Assembly: GCA_023139105.1 (NCBI GenBank)
Contig: JAGLOF010000016.1
Span: 959 to 64,958 of the forward strand
Length of the DNA stretch: 64,000 bases
Reading direction: 5' to 3'
Source of the DNA: a bacterium
GTDB taxonomy: Bacteria; Zhuqueibacterota; QNDG01; JAGLOF01
The position numbers and the translations under genes are program-made. Shown piece by piece: positions 7,013 through 16,176 of this stretch (position 1 is its first letter; every line of letters begins with the position of its first letter). Below the pieces are notes generated by a model, which saw only the letters and a program-made list of their open reading frames with translations, had not been told where the DNA came from and did no database searches.

Positions 7013-8149
7013 TTATCTATAGAACTCACCTATCTTCTGAATAATATAATCCTGCATCTCTGTGGTGAGTTCAGGATAAATAGGCAGAGCAATGGTGCTG
7101 TTGGCAGCTTTTTCTGATTCGGGAAAGTCACCCACTTCATAACCCAGATATTTAAAACATTCCTGTTCATGGAAGGATACAGGATAGTAAACCTCACAGC
7201 CTATACCCGCATCGTTGAGATAGCGGCGAAGATCATCACGATTACCAGGTACTTTGACAATATACTGATTATAAATATGTGATTCACGATTGTAAGCTAT
7301 GTGGGGTTTTAAAAGACCCTCAACATTGAGATGTTCATCGTAGTATGCGGCATTCTGCTGACGTCCCTTGTGCCAGTCATCCAGATGCGGAAGTTTGACA
7401 AGTAAAATAGCAGCCTGCATGGCATCTAACCTGAAGTTACCGCCTACCATTTGATGATAATATTTTGGATGAGCACCATGATTCCGCAATTTTTGAATTT
7501 TATCTGCAAAGGCCTTATCATTGGTCACCACCATACCGCCATCACCCATACAGCCAAGGTTTTTGGATGGAAAGAAGCTGAAACATCCGGCAAGCCCCAT
7601 AGAGCCTGCACGTTTCTCACCGGCTTTGGAAGGATAACGAGACCCAATTGCCTGGGCAGCATCTTCTATAACAGGGATATTATGGCTATCTGCAATCGCC
7701 AAGATGGCATCCATATCAGCACACTGACCGTAGAGATGAACTGGTATTATCGCCTTAACCTTGCTGATCTTATCCTGATTATCATTAAACCAGGCTGAAA
7801 GTTTGGTCGGATCAAGATTATAAGTTAACGGATCAATTCCTACAAAAACAGGTGTAGCACAGAGTCTTGAGATGACACCTGCAGTGGCAAAAAATGAATA
7901 CGGTGTGGTAATAACAATATCACCGTGACCAACACCTATACCCATGAGCGATACAAGAAGAGCATCTGTGCCGCTGGTAACACCAATAGCATATGCAGCA
8001 CCGCAATAATCGGCGACAGCCTCTTCAAGAGCAGTTATTTTAGGGCCGCCAATATATCGCGTTGAATCAATAACATCATTAACAGCAGCCTTAATCTCAT
8101 CACGCAAAGGATCAAGCTGTGCATTTAAATCAAGCAAAGGAACATTCAT
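7013..8149 (-). CDS. wbpE: DegT/DnrJ/EryC1/StrS aminotransferase, WbpE-like
   Basis: ORF 7013..8248; the likely start is ATG 8149 (MNVPLLDLNAQ). PLP-lysine block FSFFPSKNLGCMGDGG. Confidence 0.75.
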   Translation of the reverse strand: MNVPLLDLNAQLDPLRDEIKAAVNDVIDSTRYIGGPKITALEEAVADYCGAAYAIGVTSGTDALLVSLMGIGVGHGDIVITTPYSFFATAGVISRLCATPVFVGIDPLTYNLDPTKLSAWFNDNQDKISKVKAIIPVHLYGQCADMDAILAIADSHNIPVIEDAAQAIGSRYPSKAGEKRAGSMGLAGCFSFFPSKNLGCMGDGGMVVTNDKAFADKIQKLRNHGAHPKYYHQMVGGNFRLDAMQAAILLVKLPHLDDWHKGRQQNAAYYDEHLNVEGLLKPHIAYNRESHIYNQYIVKVPGNRDDLRRYLNDAGIGCEVYYPVSFHEQECFKYLGYEVGDFPESEKAANSTIALPIYPELTTEMQDYIIQKIGEFYR

Positions 8150-8300
8150 TGTAAATCCTTTCAAAAAAGCCGGTAATATATCAGATAAAGTGATTATTTT
8201 TAAGAGCTTGGCCAACGGAGAAGACGAAAAAGAGCGGAGCAAAGGCAAAAAACAAAAGAAATCATTCCAATCCTACGAAATGTATCTGTTAATATGGCGA

Positions 8301-8393
8301 ATGAACGAGGGTATAATTGTATTATTATTTAAATCTCTGAGCTTCTTCCCTGTTTTGATCCGCTCTTATCCGTGTTCCATTGCTCCTGCTCTT
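8301..8393. repeat. ~95-bp direct repeat, copy 1 (CCGTG family)
   Basis: atgaacgagggtataattgtattattatttaaatctctgagcttcttccctgttttgatccgctcttatccgtgttccattgc aligns to 8582-8683 at roughly 85 percent with one ~9-nt indel. Confidence 0.8.
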
Positions 8394-8581
8394 CTTCGTA
8401 TCTTTCGTATCCTTCGTAGGCGATGCTCTTTGTTCTTAAGCATGTACTTTTTCCCTTGAACCAGGATGCAGCTCCGCCATGTAAGTCCCATTTTAACGGA
8501 ACCACATGGTGTTTTTTAATGTGCAAAAAATAAATCTCACACTATCTCTATGTCAACAAATCCACAGCAACCGGATTTAAA

Positions 8582-8683
8582 ATAAACGAGAGTATAATTA
8601 TATTATTATCTAAATCTCTTCTCTTCTTCCCTGCTTTGATCCACTCTTATCCGTATAATCCGTGTCCCATTGCACTCAATCTT
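8582..8683. repeat. ~100-bp direct repeat, copy 2 (CCGTG family)
   Basis: See 8301-8393. Both copies lie in the 537-bp gap between upxY and wbpE. Confidence 0.8.
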
Positions 8684-8706
8684 CCCGGTAGACTTCAAGC
8701 TCTCAA

Positions 8707-8779
8707 CTTTTTACTTTTTACTTTTTACTTTTGCCCTTTTACTTCCTACTCCCTACTTCCTACTTTCTACTTTCCACTT
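8707..8779. repeat. heptanucleotide tandem array (CTTTTTA x3, then TTCCTAC/TCCCTAC/TTTCTAC variants)
   Basis: About 10 consecutive 7-nt units read directly. The array ends 7 nt from the upxY stop codon (8786-8788). Confidence 0.9.
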
Positions 8780-8785
8780 GACCTT

Positions 8786-9316
8786 CTACAAAGCCTTCAC
8801 ATCACTTCTCGAGACACTAAATCGAATCCCCTGCTGCACAGCTTCGAGGCGGATAACAAGACGGGCAGCACCGGCAGTCTCCAAAAAGAGACCACGCAAT
8901 CCCATTAAAGGCCCTCTTATAATCTCAACAGGATCTCCCCGAGAAAAATAATCTACTGCCTCAACTTCAGGCACAGCTTTCAATACACGCTGTATTCTCT
9001 CTATCTCGGAATGCGGAACTTTAATTGGTTGGCCGTGTATATGTACAACGCACAGAGCACCTGTGGCCTGCACTGCCCGATATCGTTCTTTCGCATCAGA
9101 ATTAATAAAAATATATGATCTGAACAAAGGTTCATTGATCCACTTACGCCTGTCAGACCACTGCTTTAATACACGCTGTATTGGCAAATAAAATTCTATA
9201 TCTTTCTGGCGCAGCTGATCGCTGACTTTAAACTCATGACGCGGCCTGGTATAAAGCGCAAACCAGTGACGTTCATCACAGGGTAGTCCAGAAATATCTT
9301 CACGTAAAACTCTCAT
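8786..9316 (-). CDS. UpxY-family (NusG-like) transcription antiterminator
   Basis: 176 aa with a NusG-N-like WFALYTRPRHEFKV and a KOW block GDPVEIIRGPLMGLRGLF. It sits inside a polysaccharide locus, as Bacteroides UpxY genes do. Confidence 0.75.
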   Translation of the reverse strand: MRVLREDISGLPCDERHWFALYTRPRHEFKVSDQLRQKDIEFYLPIQRVLKQWSDRRKWINEPLFRSYIFINSDAKERYRAVQATGALCVVHIHGQPIKVPHSEIERIQRVLKAVPEVEAVDYFSRGDPVEIIRGPLMGLRGLFLETAGAARLVIRLEAVQQGIRFSVSRSDVKAL

Positions 9317-9426
9317 AATGAATCCAAAAAAACAAGTTATAAGTTTAAAGGCAAAAGGAAAAAGTGAAGAGCAAACGTTTCGTGACTGAAACCCGCGTAC
9401 AAATGGAGTACAGTCTGTTACTACTA

Positions 9427-9534
9427 TTTTTTTGCCTTTTGCCTTTTGCCTTTTGCTTTTGCCTTTTTACTTTCTACTTTTGCCTTTTGCTTTTCTACTT
9501 TCTACTTTTACCTTTTACCTTTTACCTTTTACTT
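9427..9534. repeat. heptanucleotide tandem array (CCTTTTG / CTTTCTA / CCTTTTA units, ~15 copies)
   Basis: Read directly. It runs into the wecB stop codon (9529-9531) and lies in the 5' leader region of upxY. Confidence 0.9.
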
Positions 9535-10638
9535 AATCTCTTCTTTAAAATACTGTTCCAACACTTTTAAAATTCTATGGCTTACCTTATCATCCCATAG
9601 TTCAGGGATCTTTCCGATCTTTTTATCACCGGCTAATATCTTTAAGGCCTCTGCATAGACTTTGTCAGGGTCAGTACCTGCCAGGACATTACTTCCCTCA
9701 GTAATTGTGACAGGACGTTCCGTATTCTCTCTCACTGTAATACACGGCACGCCAAAAAACGTAGTCTCTTCCTGTATACCACCGGAATCTGTCAATACCA
9801 GTGCAGCATCACGCTGTAGAGCCATGAACTCCAGATAACCTATGGGATCACAAAGCCTGAAACCTTCATTCTCACTGAGATTAAAAAGCTTTGCCATTTT
9901 TCGTGTCCTGGGATGTATGGGAAACAGAATTGGCAGGGTCCCGGCAAGACGATTGAGCATGGCCCAAAGGCCTTTTAGAGACTCGGGATTATCAACATTT
10001 GAGGGACGATGCAAGGTGACAAGCACATAATTGGACTTTGAGAGTTGATGCCGTGTAAGGATTGTACCAGCATCAAAACGATGCTGATGCTGCACCAGAG
10101 ACTCTATCATAAGATTGCCTGTAAAGTGCACCTTATGGGCCGCTATACCCTCCTTGGCCAGATGTTCATGAGCATCCCGACTGGTTGTAAAAAGCAGATC
10201 AGAAAGTTGGTCAGTTAAAATTCTATTTATTTCCTCAGGCATTCTGCGATCTCCACTGCGAAGCCCTGCCTCAACATGTACAAGAGGAATATTAAGTTTG
10301 GCCGCAACAAGCCCTGCGGCAATAGTGGAATTCACATCACCCACTACAAGCACCATATCAGGCTTGCGCTCATGCACTACGGTCTCAACTTCAATCATAA
10401 TTTGAGCCGTCTGCACTGCATGGCTGGCCGAACCCACTCCAAGATACACATCAGGTTCAGGCATACCCAAATCAGTGAAAAACACATCACTCATAGCAGC
10501 ATCATAGTGCTGCCCCGTATGCACCAGGAAAGCATCCAGCAGAGAGGATTCAGCACGAATCCTCTTTAGCAGAGGGGCTACCTTCATAAAATTGGGCCTT
10601 GCACCCGCAACAAGACAAATTGTTTTTTTCAAAGGCAT
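9529..10638 (-). CDS. wecB: UDP-N-acetylglucosamine 2-epimerase (non-hydrolysing), WecB/WbpI-like
   Basis: 369 aa with GARPNFMKVAPL, HVEAGLRS and DSGGIQEE blocks typical of the family. Confidence 0.85.
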   Translation of the reverse strand: MPLKKTICLVAGARPNFMKVAPLLKRIRAESSLLDAFLVHTGQHYDAAMSDVFFTDLGMPEPDVYLGVGSASHAVQTAQIMIEVETVVHERKPDMVLVVGDVNSTIAAGLVAAKLNIPLVHVEAGLRSGDRRMPEEINRILTDQLSDLLFTTSRDAHEHLAKEGIAAHKVHFTGNLMIESLVQHQHRFDAGTILTRHQLSKSNYVLVTLHRPSNVDNPESLKGLWAMLNRLAGTLPILFPIHPRTRKMAKLFNLSENEGFRLCDPIGYLEFMALQRDAALVLTDSGGIQEETTFFGVPCITVRENTERPVTITEGSNVLAGTDPDKVYAEALKILAGDKKIGKIPELWDDKVSHRILKVLEQYFKEEIK

Positions 10639-10681
10639 ATTTACTTTCGAGAATATAAAATTATAATTGCTACAGTATTAA

Positions 10682-12994
10682 TCAAACCTTAATTCCCGGA
10701 ATCCTCGGCATACGGCGTTTTTTCTTATTATTCTCTCCATAATAATAATAATGATAATAATAATAATATGACCCATACATGTTTTCAATATTTACGCCAT
10801 TAACAGTGACACCAAGTAATTTAGCATTTACATTATCGAGTAATTGTTTGGCACGCAGCAGAGCATCACGATTCGTTGATCCTGATTTCATTACCAGAAC
10901 CACACCATCAAGCTTGCGGCCAAGTACAGTAGCATCGGTTACAGCAATGACCGGTGGTGTGTCAAACAGTATCATCTCATAACGTCCGCGTGCCTCTTCA
11001 ATAAAGCGGTCCATGGATTTTGAAGCAAGAAGCTCAGATGGATTAGGCGGAAGCACACCGGCTGTAATCAAATCCAGATTATCTACCTTTGTCGTGCGTA
11101 CAATCTCATCAAAAGAGGCCTTGCCTGCCAGATAATTTGTAATACCTACGCCCCGTTTCTCACTGAAAATACCATGCATTACCGGGCGTCTCAAATCACA
11201 ATCCACAATTACCGTTTTTGCCCCTGTCTGTGCCATGGTAATAGCCAGGTTGGATATAGTTGTAGATTTACCCTCTCCAGGCCCTGAACTTGTAACAACT
11301 GCTGTTTGTATGGGCTCGTCCGGACGACAGTATTGAATATTGGTCCTTAAACTGCGATAGGCCTCGGAAACAGGTGACTTGGGCGCAAAATGAGATATCA
11401 ATCTGGATTGAATCTGTTTGACATCACCATTACCATTGTCCTTTACCTGATGTGCCATTGCCTGAGAGGCTATAAAAGGAATCGAACCCAGGACAGGAAA
11501 ACCCATGTGTTCTACATCTTCAATAGTCTTCAAAGAAGTATCAAGATATTCACGGCCAAACGTCAGCCCTACACCAAGACCGAGACCAAGCATCAGGCCC
11601 AGAAGGAGATTCATCTTCTTTTTCGGCGATGTAGGGAATTCAGGTTTTTTTGCATAATCTATTATACGAACAGAACCAATCTGTCCGGCTTCTGCAATAC
11701 GGTTCTCTTCAAATTTCTCACGGAGCATAATATAGATTGTATTATTAACCCGGGCCTCTCTCTGCAGGTTGGCCAGTTGAAGGCTCTTGCCAGGCAATTG
11801 ATTAAGTTCACGTTTATACTGCTTTACAATATCATCAAGAGCGCTTGTTTTCTCTTTAAGATAATCGTTTTCAGCTTGAATAGTAAGAAGGTTCGTAAAA
11901 AGAGCATCATTGACTTTTTCTGCATTAATAGCACCGCCAGCTGCAATGAGTTTCTTCTTCTCCAGAATAATCTTCTCCTGAATACCCTCCAGTTGAGCCA
12001 TCTTCTCTTCAAGGCCGCTGCGCATGGAAGCATTGTTAAAATATCCGGCTGCTTTGAGCTGTTTCTCTTCTTTGGCAATGCCGCCGGCTAGCCGCGCTCT
12101 CTCTATTTCCAATGCACCAATCATCTCAGATGAAGCACTTGAGGCATTATTCAACATAATTTTCTGCGCCTCATCAAGCTGGACGTTCATGGCCTGAATA
12201 CGTTTCTGATTAGCCTCATAGTCAGTTTTGGCAGATTGATACAGAGATTCAAACTCAGCAGTTCGTTCAATAAGGGCCTGGGTTTCGGCAGTCAGCTCTG
12301 TAACTCCCTCAGTCTCCTTAAAGTTTTTCAGCCGCTGTTCAGACCTGTAAAGGCTGTCTTCAACGGCTACCAGTTTTTCTTCAAGAAACTTTCTAACCTT
12401 GCCCACTTCCCCGGTTGACTCTGCAATATCCAGATCCTGATAAGCCTTCATCCATGTATTGGCAATTAGTGCAGCTTCACTGGGGCTAAAGGCACTGCTG
12501 CGCAGTTCAATAACATCAGTATCACGCTGAGGAGCCACAGAAATTGAACCTTGTCTGAAATTTTTAACAAGTTCATCAAAAAGAGGGCCAGCACCTTGAG
12601 CCTCCCCGGGAAGCAATTTTTTAATCCATGTCATAATAGAAAAGCGCCTGTCAGCCTCACGATTACCAAGAATCCATAGAGAGTCGGCATATGGCGAATC
12701 CTGAAGATCACGAACCACAGCTTCCGCAAGACGCCGGCTCTTGAGTATAACTACCTGGTTGTTGATCATAGTCTCTTTTTTCATGAAGCTGGACATATCA
12801 AAAACCTGTGTCTGCACACGATCTTCTTTAATCAGGACAGTGGCTGCGGATTCATATACAGGTTGAGTTGTAAAAGTAAAATATACGGTTGCTGCCATTA
12901 CAATAATAAAAGAGATAGCTATTATCCATCGCCCACGGTATAAAACTCGCAAGTAATCACTCAAAGTGACCTGTTGCTCTCTTAGTTCGTCCAA
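10682..12994 (-). CDS. polysaccharide co-polymerase / tyrosine autokinase (Wzc/GumC/EpsB type)
   Basis: 770 aa with an N-terminal TM plus a long coiled-coil periplasmic region, a second TM, Walker A SSGPGEGKST, and a C-terminal Tyr cluster YYYYYHYYYY. Confidence 0.85.
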   Translation of the reverse strand: MDELREQQVTLSDYLRVLYRGRWIIAISFIIVMAATVYFTFTTQPVYESAATVLIKEDRVQTQVFDMSSFMKKETMINNQVVILKSRRLAEAVVRDLQDSPYADSLWILGNREADRRFSIMTWIKKLLPGEAQGAGPLFDELVKNFRQGSISVAPQRDTDVIELRSSAFSPSEAALIANTWMKAYQDLDIAESTGEVGKVRKFLEEKLVAVEDSLYRSEQRLKNFKETEGVTELTAETQALIERTAEFESLYQSAKTDYEANQKRIQAMNVQLDEAQKIMLNNASSASSEMIGALEIERARLAGGIAKEEKQLKAAGYFNNASMRSGLEEKMAQLEGIQEKIILEKKKLIAAGGAINAEKVNDALFTNLLTIQAENDYLKEKTSALDDIVKQYKRELNQLPGKSLQLANLQREARVNNTIYIMLREKFEENRIAEAGQIGSVRIIDYAKKPEFPTSPKKKMNLLLGLMLGLGLGVGLTFGREYLDTSLKTIEDVEHMGFPVLGSIPFIASQAMAHQVKDNGNGDVKQIQSRLISHFAPKSPVSEAYRSLRTNIQYCRPDEPIQTAVVTSSGPGEGKSTTISNLAITMAQTGAKTVIVDCDLRRPVMHGIFSEKRGVGITNYLAGKASFDEIVRTTKVDNLDLITAGVLPPNPSELLASKSMDRFIEEARGRYEMILFDTPPVIAVTDATVLGRKLDGVVLVMKSGSTNRDALLRAKQLLDNVNAKLLGVTVNGVNIENMYGSYYYYYHYYYYGENNKKKRRMPRIPGIKV
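10739..10768. repeat. trinucleotide microsatellite (ATA)4-ATG-(ATA)5 encoding the Wzc Tyr cluster
   Basis: All nine Tyr codons of the cluster are TAT in uninterrupted tandem on the minus strand. Confidence 0.9.
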
Positions 12995-13195
12995 GAGAAA
13001 CTCCCTTCGGCATCAGCAAATGTTATTTGAAATAGATAAAAATATTTATAAATGCAAAAGACATGCCATCACTACCAATATAATGTAATGATGCTTCCAA
13101 ACAACTATTAAACAATGCCTTAAGTGCTTATTCACTTCAATACTAATTGTTGTTTTTACTACAGAATCAATGTTACTGTATCATTTTTGATACAT

Positions 13196-13834
13196 CTATA
13201 CTCTAAGATCTATAACTTCTGCACCATCAGGCATCTGAAATTCAAAATCCTTTGGTAAATGTGGCTTATCAATCTCAATCGATTTTAATCTGTAGACACT
13301 CTCATTATCATCGAAATCTATCTGCAAAAGCTTGACTGGAAGCCATGTCTTCAAATTTATCCATAATTCGGTTTTAGGATAGAGTACGGCTTCGGTTTTT
13401 GCAGTAAAAACCAGATGCGCGCACTCTATTTTATCAAGCAGTTCTTTGCCGACAGATTGGACATCATAATCATCGGAATACTGAAAAAGCATTTTATATG
13501 GTGCCATCTGGACATCATTTTCACCAATCTCATCAATAAGCACACGATTGTCAGGTTTAATATATGTCCATACTGTAGTACCATCGGAGACCATGATTTG
13601 ATCGGCAGTCTTAATTTTAAACTGCCGCTCTCCCTTCATCAACACAATACCATCAACAGTTGATGTCTCACCGGCAAGCTTCCAAATATAAGTCTCTGAG
13701 AAAGCAATATCCAGTGTTTTCGCTTGTTTTAATGTTTTTTTCAATTTATTTATTATATAATCAGGCGACATATTTTGTGCAGACGCAGCTATGCTCCAAA
13801 GAATCAACATTGATATAAGTAATAATTTTCTCAT
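13196..13834 (-). CDS. lolA: LolA-like outer-membrane lipoprotein carrier protein
   Basis: 212 aa with signal peptide MRKLLLISMLILWSIAASAQ. The pattern is LolA-like, and it lies directly downstream of ftsK as in E. coli. Confidence 0.6.
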   Translation of the reverse strand: MRKLLLISMLILWSIAASAQNMSPDYIINKLKKTLKQAKTLDIAFSETYIWKLAGETSTVDGIVLMKGERQFKIKTADQIMVSDGTTVWTYIKPDNRVLIDEIGENDVQMAPYKMLFQYSDDYDVQSVGKELLDKIECAHLVFTAKTEAVLYPKTELWINLKTWLPVKLLQIDFDDNESVYRLKSIEIDKPHLPKDFEFQMPDGAEVIDLRV

Positions 13835-16170
13835 TAAAAATCCTCCAGACCCAGTTCATCATCTTGCCGCTCTGCTTGTTCAAGCACCTCAAGATAAGCT
13901 TCATCAACAAGAACTTCACGCGCCTTACTACCAGTGAAAGGGCCTAAAATTCCTGCTTCTTCCAATTCATCTACAATACGGCCTGCCCTGGCATAACCAA
14001 CTCTCAGGCGGCGCTGAAGCAGTGAAGCCGAACCCTGGCCATGACGTACAACTAATTTAGCCGCTTCCTTATACAATTCATCCCGCTCAGAGGGATCACT
14101 GGCAATACCACCTGCGGATGAAGGGGGCGGAGCACCCTTTAAGAGCCATCCCTCAGGTTTTGGTTGGACAGCAATATGTCCCATCATTTTCTGCACTTCA
14201 TCTGTAGTGATGAATGCACCATGCACACGTATGGGTTCCGGCTCACGGGGATGCATAAATAACATATCGCCGCGGCCAAGAAGCTTCTCTGCACCATTAC
14301 GGTCTAAAATTGTCCTTGAATCTGTCTTTGATGCTACCTGAAAAGCAATACGCGCAGGAAAATTAGCCTTTATCACACCTGTTATAACATCAACAGAAGG
14401 ACGCTGTGTGGCAAGAATAAGATGTATGCCAACTGCACGGGCCATCTGAGCCAGGCGCGCAATAGGTTCTTCCACTTCTCTGGCACCTGTCATCATCAAG
14501 TCTGCCAATTCATCTACAATTAATACAATATAAGGCATGGGATCAGGAAGTTTAACCTCAGGATCAGCTTCTGCTTTGCGCTTGGCCAGGAAATCATGAT
14601 AGTCAACAAGGTTGCGTACGCCCAGGCGGGCCAATATCCTGTAACGCTTATCCATCTCCTTTTCAAGACTACGCAGAGCAGTAATTGCATTTGCAGCCGT
14701 AGTTATAACATCTTCATCCATGCCCTCTATCGTGACAAGATGACGATCTTTTAGTTCACGATAGAGACTCATCTCCAATTTTTTAGGATCAATAAGAACT
14801 AATTTAACTTCATCAGGCTTGGCTTTATAAAGTATGCTGGCCAATATTGTATTCAAGCATACTGACTTACCCGATCCTGTAGCACCGGCAACCAAAAGAT
14901 GCGGCATCTCAGCCAAATCCGTTACATATGGTTTGCCTTCAATTGTAAGCCCCAGAGCCAATGAAAGTTTAGATGAATGCCGCTGATAATTATCAGATTC
15001 CAGAACACCTCTCAGGCTGACAATAGCCGGGTGTTGGTTTGGAATTTCTATACCGACAGCGGCTTTGCCAGGAATGGGTGCCACTACACGTACACGTTGA
15101 GCTCTCATAACCAGAGCCAAATCATCTTGCGCATTTACAAAACGAGAAATTTTTACACCCGGATTAGGCCTTATCTCATAACGCGTAATCACCGGCCCCG
15201 GCCTGATGCCTACTACATGCCCTCTAATATCAAATTCCTTAAGCCGCTCTTCAAGAAAATGTGCGTTCTCTTCAAGAGCACGCCGGTCAACCTGCAATCC
15301 ATTGGCTGACTGTGGTGCAAGCAGCTCAAAAGATGGTTTAACATAAGGCCCGGGAGGAATTTCCGGTGTAGCCTGAACAGATTTTGTTCCAGGATTTGCC
15401 GTATGCGGCCGTCTTTCTATAACCACCCTCTCCGGCTGCACTGGCATAGCAGAAGACCTTGGAAGCTCGGGAATAGCAACTTCAATTGGTGGCCTTGGAC
15501 GCTCTTCAGCTGCCTTGGCTGAAGCAGACTGTAAAGGAGATTGAATAGTTGGCTGAGGCTTTTTCTTCTCATGTTTAACGCGATTTTCATACTTGTTCGA
15601 GATAGTCTTGAAAAGGGCCGCCAAATCTTCCTTGAAACCCAGCAGAGATTCTCTCATGCTCCACGATGTGGCTGTAATCAATATCACCAACAATGTTGTC
15701 AACAGAACAACAATACTTCCAACAGCACCCAGATAGCGTGACAGCATATCGGCTATGAATCCACCCAGGAGACCACTTAGCCGGAAACCGAACTTGCTGC
15801 CGGCATCACTCACAGCCTCCGGCATGGCCAATGCCGTAGATAGAAAGAGAGATATAGCCAAAAGATAGGCTGAAAATCTGAAATATGGGCGCAAGGGCTG
15901 CTGCAGGAAGAGATTCCAGCCCATCACCAAAAGAAGGAAAGGGAATACCAGACAGGGATAGCCAATTGTATATACATATAGATAATGACTTATGTGTGCA
16001 CCCATGAGGCCAAGCCAGTTTTGAACCTGGGCCGGAGATCCCGCATTGGGGAAATCTTCAGGATGATAAGAAATCAGACCCAGCAAAATCAGTATTGCAA
16101 AAGCCATCAATAAAATGCCCAAAATCTCGGGGCGTCTGTCAGCAGATTTATTCTTCTTCTGTTTAGCCAT
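13834..16170 (-). CDS. ftsK: DNA translocase FtsK
   Basis: 778 aa with N-terminal TM helices, a Pro/Gln-rich linker, Walker A VAGATGSGKS, Walker B LIVDELADLM, and a C-terminal gamma winged helix (LLQRRLRVGYARAGRIVDELE). Confidence 0.95.
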   Translation of the reverse strand: MAKQKKNKSADRRPEILGILLMAFAILILLGLISYHPEDFPNAGSPAQVQNWLGLMGAHISHYLYVYTIGYPCLVFPFLLLVMGWNLFLQQPLRPYFRFSAYLLAISLFLSTALAMPEAVSDAGSKFGFRLSGLLGGFIADMLSRYLGAVGSIVVLLTTLLVILITATSWSMRESLLGFKEDLAALFKTISNKYENRVKHEKKKPQPTIQSPLQSASAKAAEERPRPPIEVAIPELPRSSAMPVQPERVVIERRPHTANPGTKSVQATPEIPPGPYVKPSFELLAPQSANGLQVDRRALEENAHFLEERLKEFDIRGHVVGIRPGPVITRYEIRPNPGVKISRFVNAQDDLALVMRAQRVRVVAPIPGKAAVGIEIPNQHPAIVSLRGVLESDNYQRHSSKLSLALGLTIEGKPYVTDLAEMPHLLVAGATGSGKSVCLNTILASILYKAKPDEVKLVLIDPKKLEMSLYRELKDRHLVTIEGMDEDVITTAANAITALRSLEKEMDKRYRILARLGVRNLVDYHDFLAKRKAEADPEVKLPDPMPYIVLIVDELADLMMTGAREVEEPIARLAQMARAVGIHLILATQRPSVDVITGVIKANFPARIAFQVASKTDSRTILDRNGAEKLLGRGDMLFMHPREPEPIRVHGAFITTDEVQKMMGHIAVQPKPEGWLLKGAPPPSSAGGIASDPSERDELYKEAAKLVVRHGQGSASLLQRRLRVGYARAGRIVDELEEAGILGPFTGSKAREVLVDEAYLEVLEQAERQDDELGLEDF

Positions 16171-16176
16171 TATTCT

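Noticed and set aside
8636-9658. ORFs 8636..8908, 8670..8951, 9364..9570 and 9446..9658 encoding F/L/Y/T/P-rich 'proteins'
   Set aside because: They are direct translations of the T-rich heptamer arrays. They overlap the real upxY and wecB genes on the opposite strand.
11479-11490. tRNA-like T-arm sequence GGAATCGAACCC
   Set aside because: It lies inside the wzc coding frame, with no acceptor or anticodon arms around it. It is a coincidental match. No tRNA was found anywhere in the window.
11390-12091. Long antisense ORFs inside well-supported genes (11390..12091 in wzc, 42128..42628 in queC, 45776..46282 in tetR, 46718..47248 in the barrel gene, 60107..60628 in mgtE)
   Set aside because: The opposite-strand genes have clear family motifs. 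The antisense frames lack motifs and start signals, and such ORFs are typical in GC-richer or codon-biased regions.
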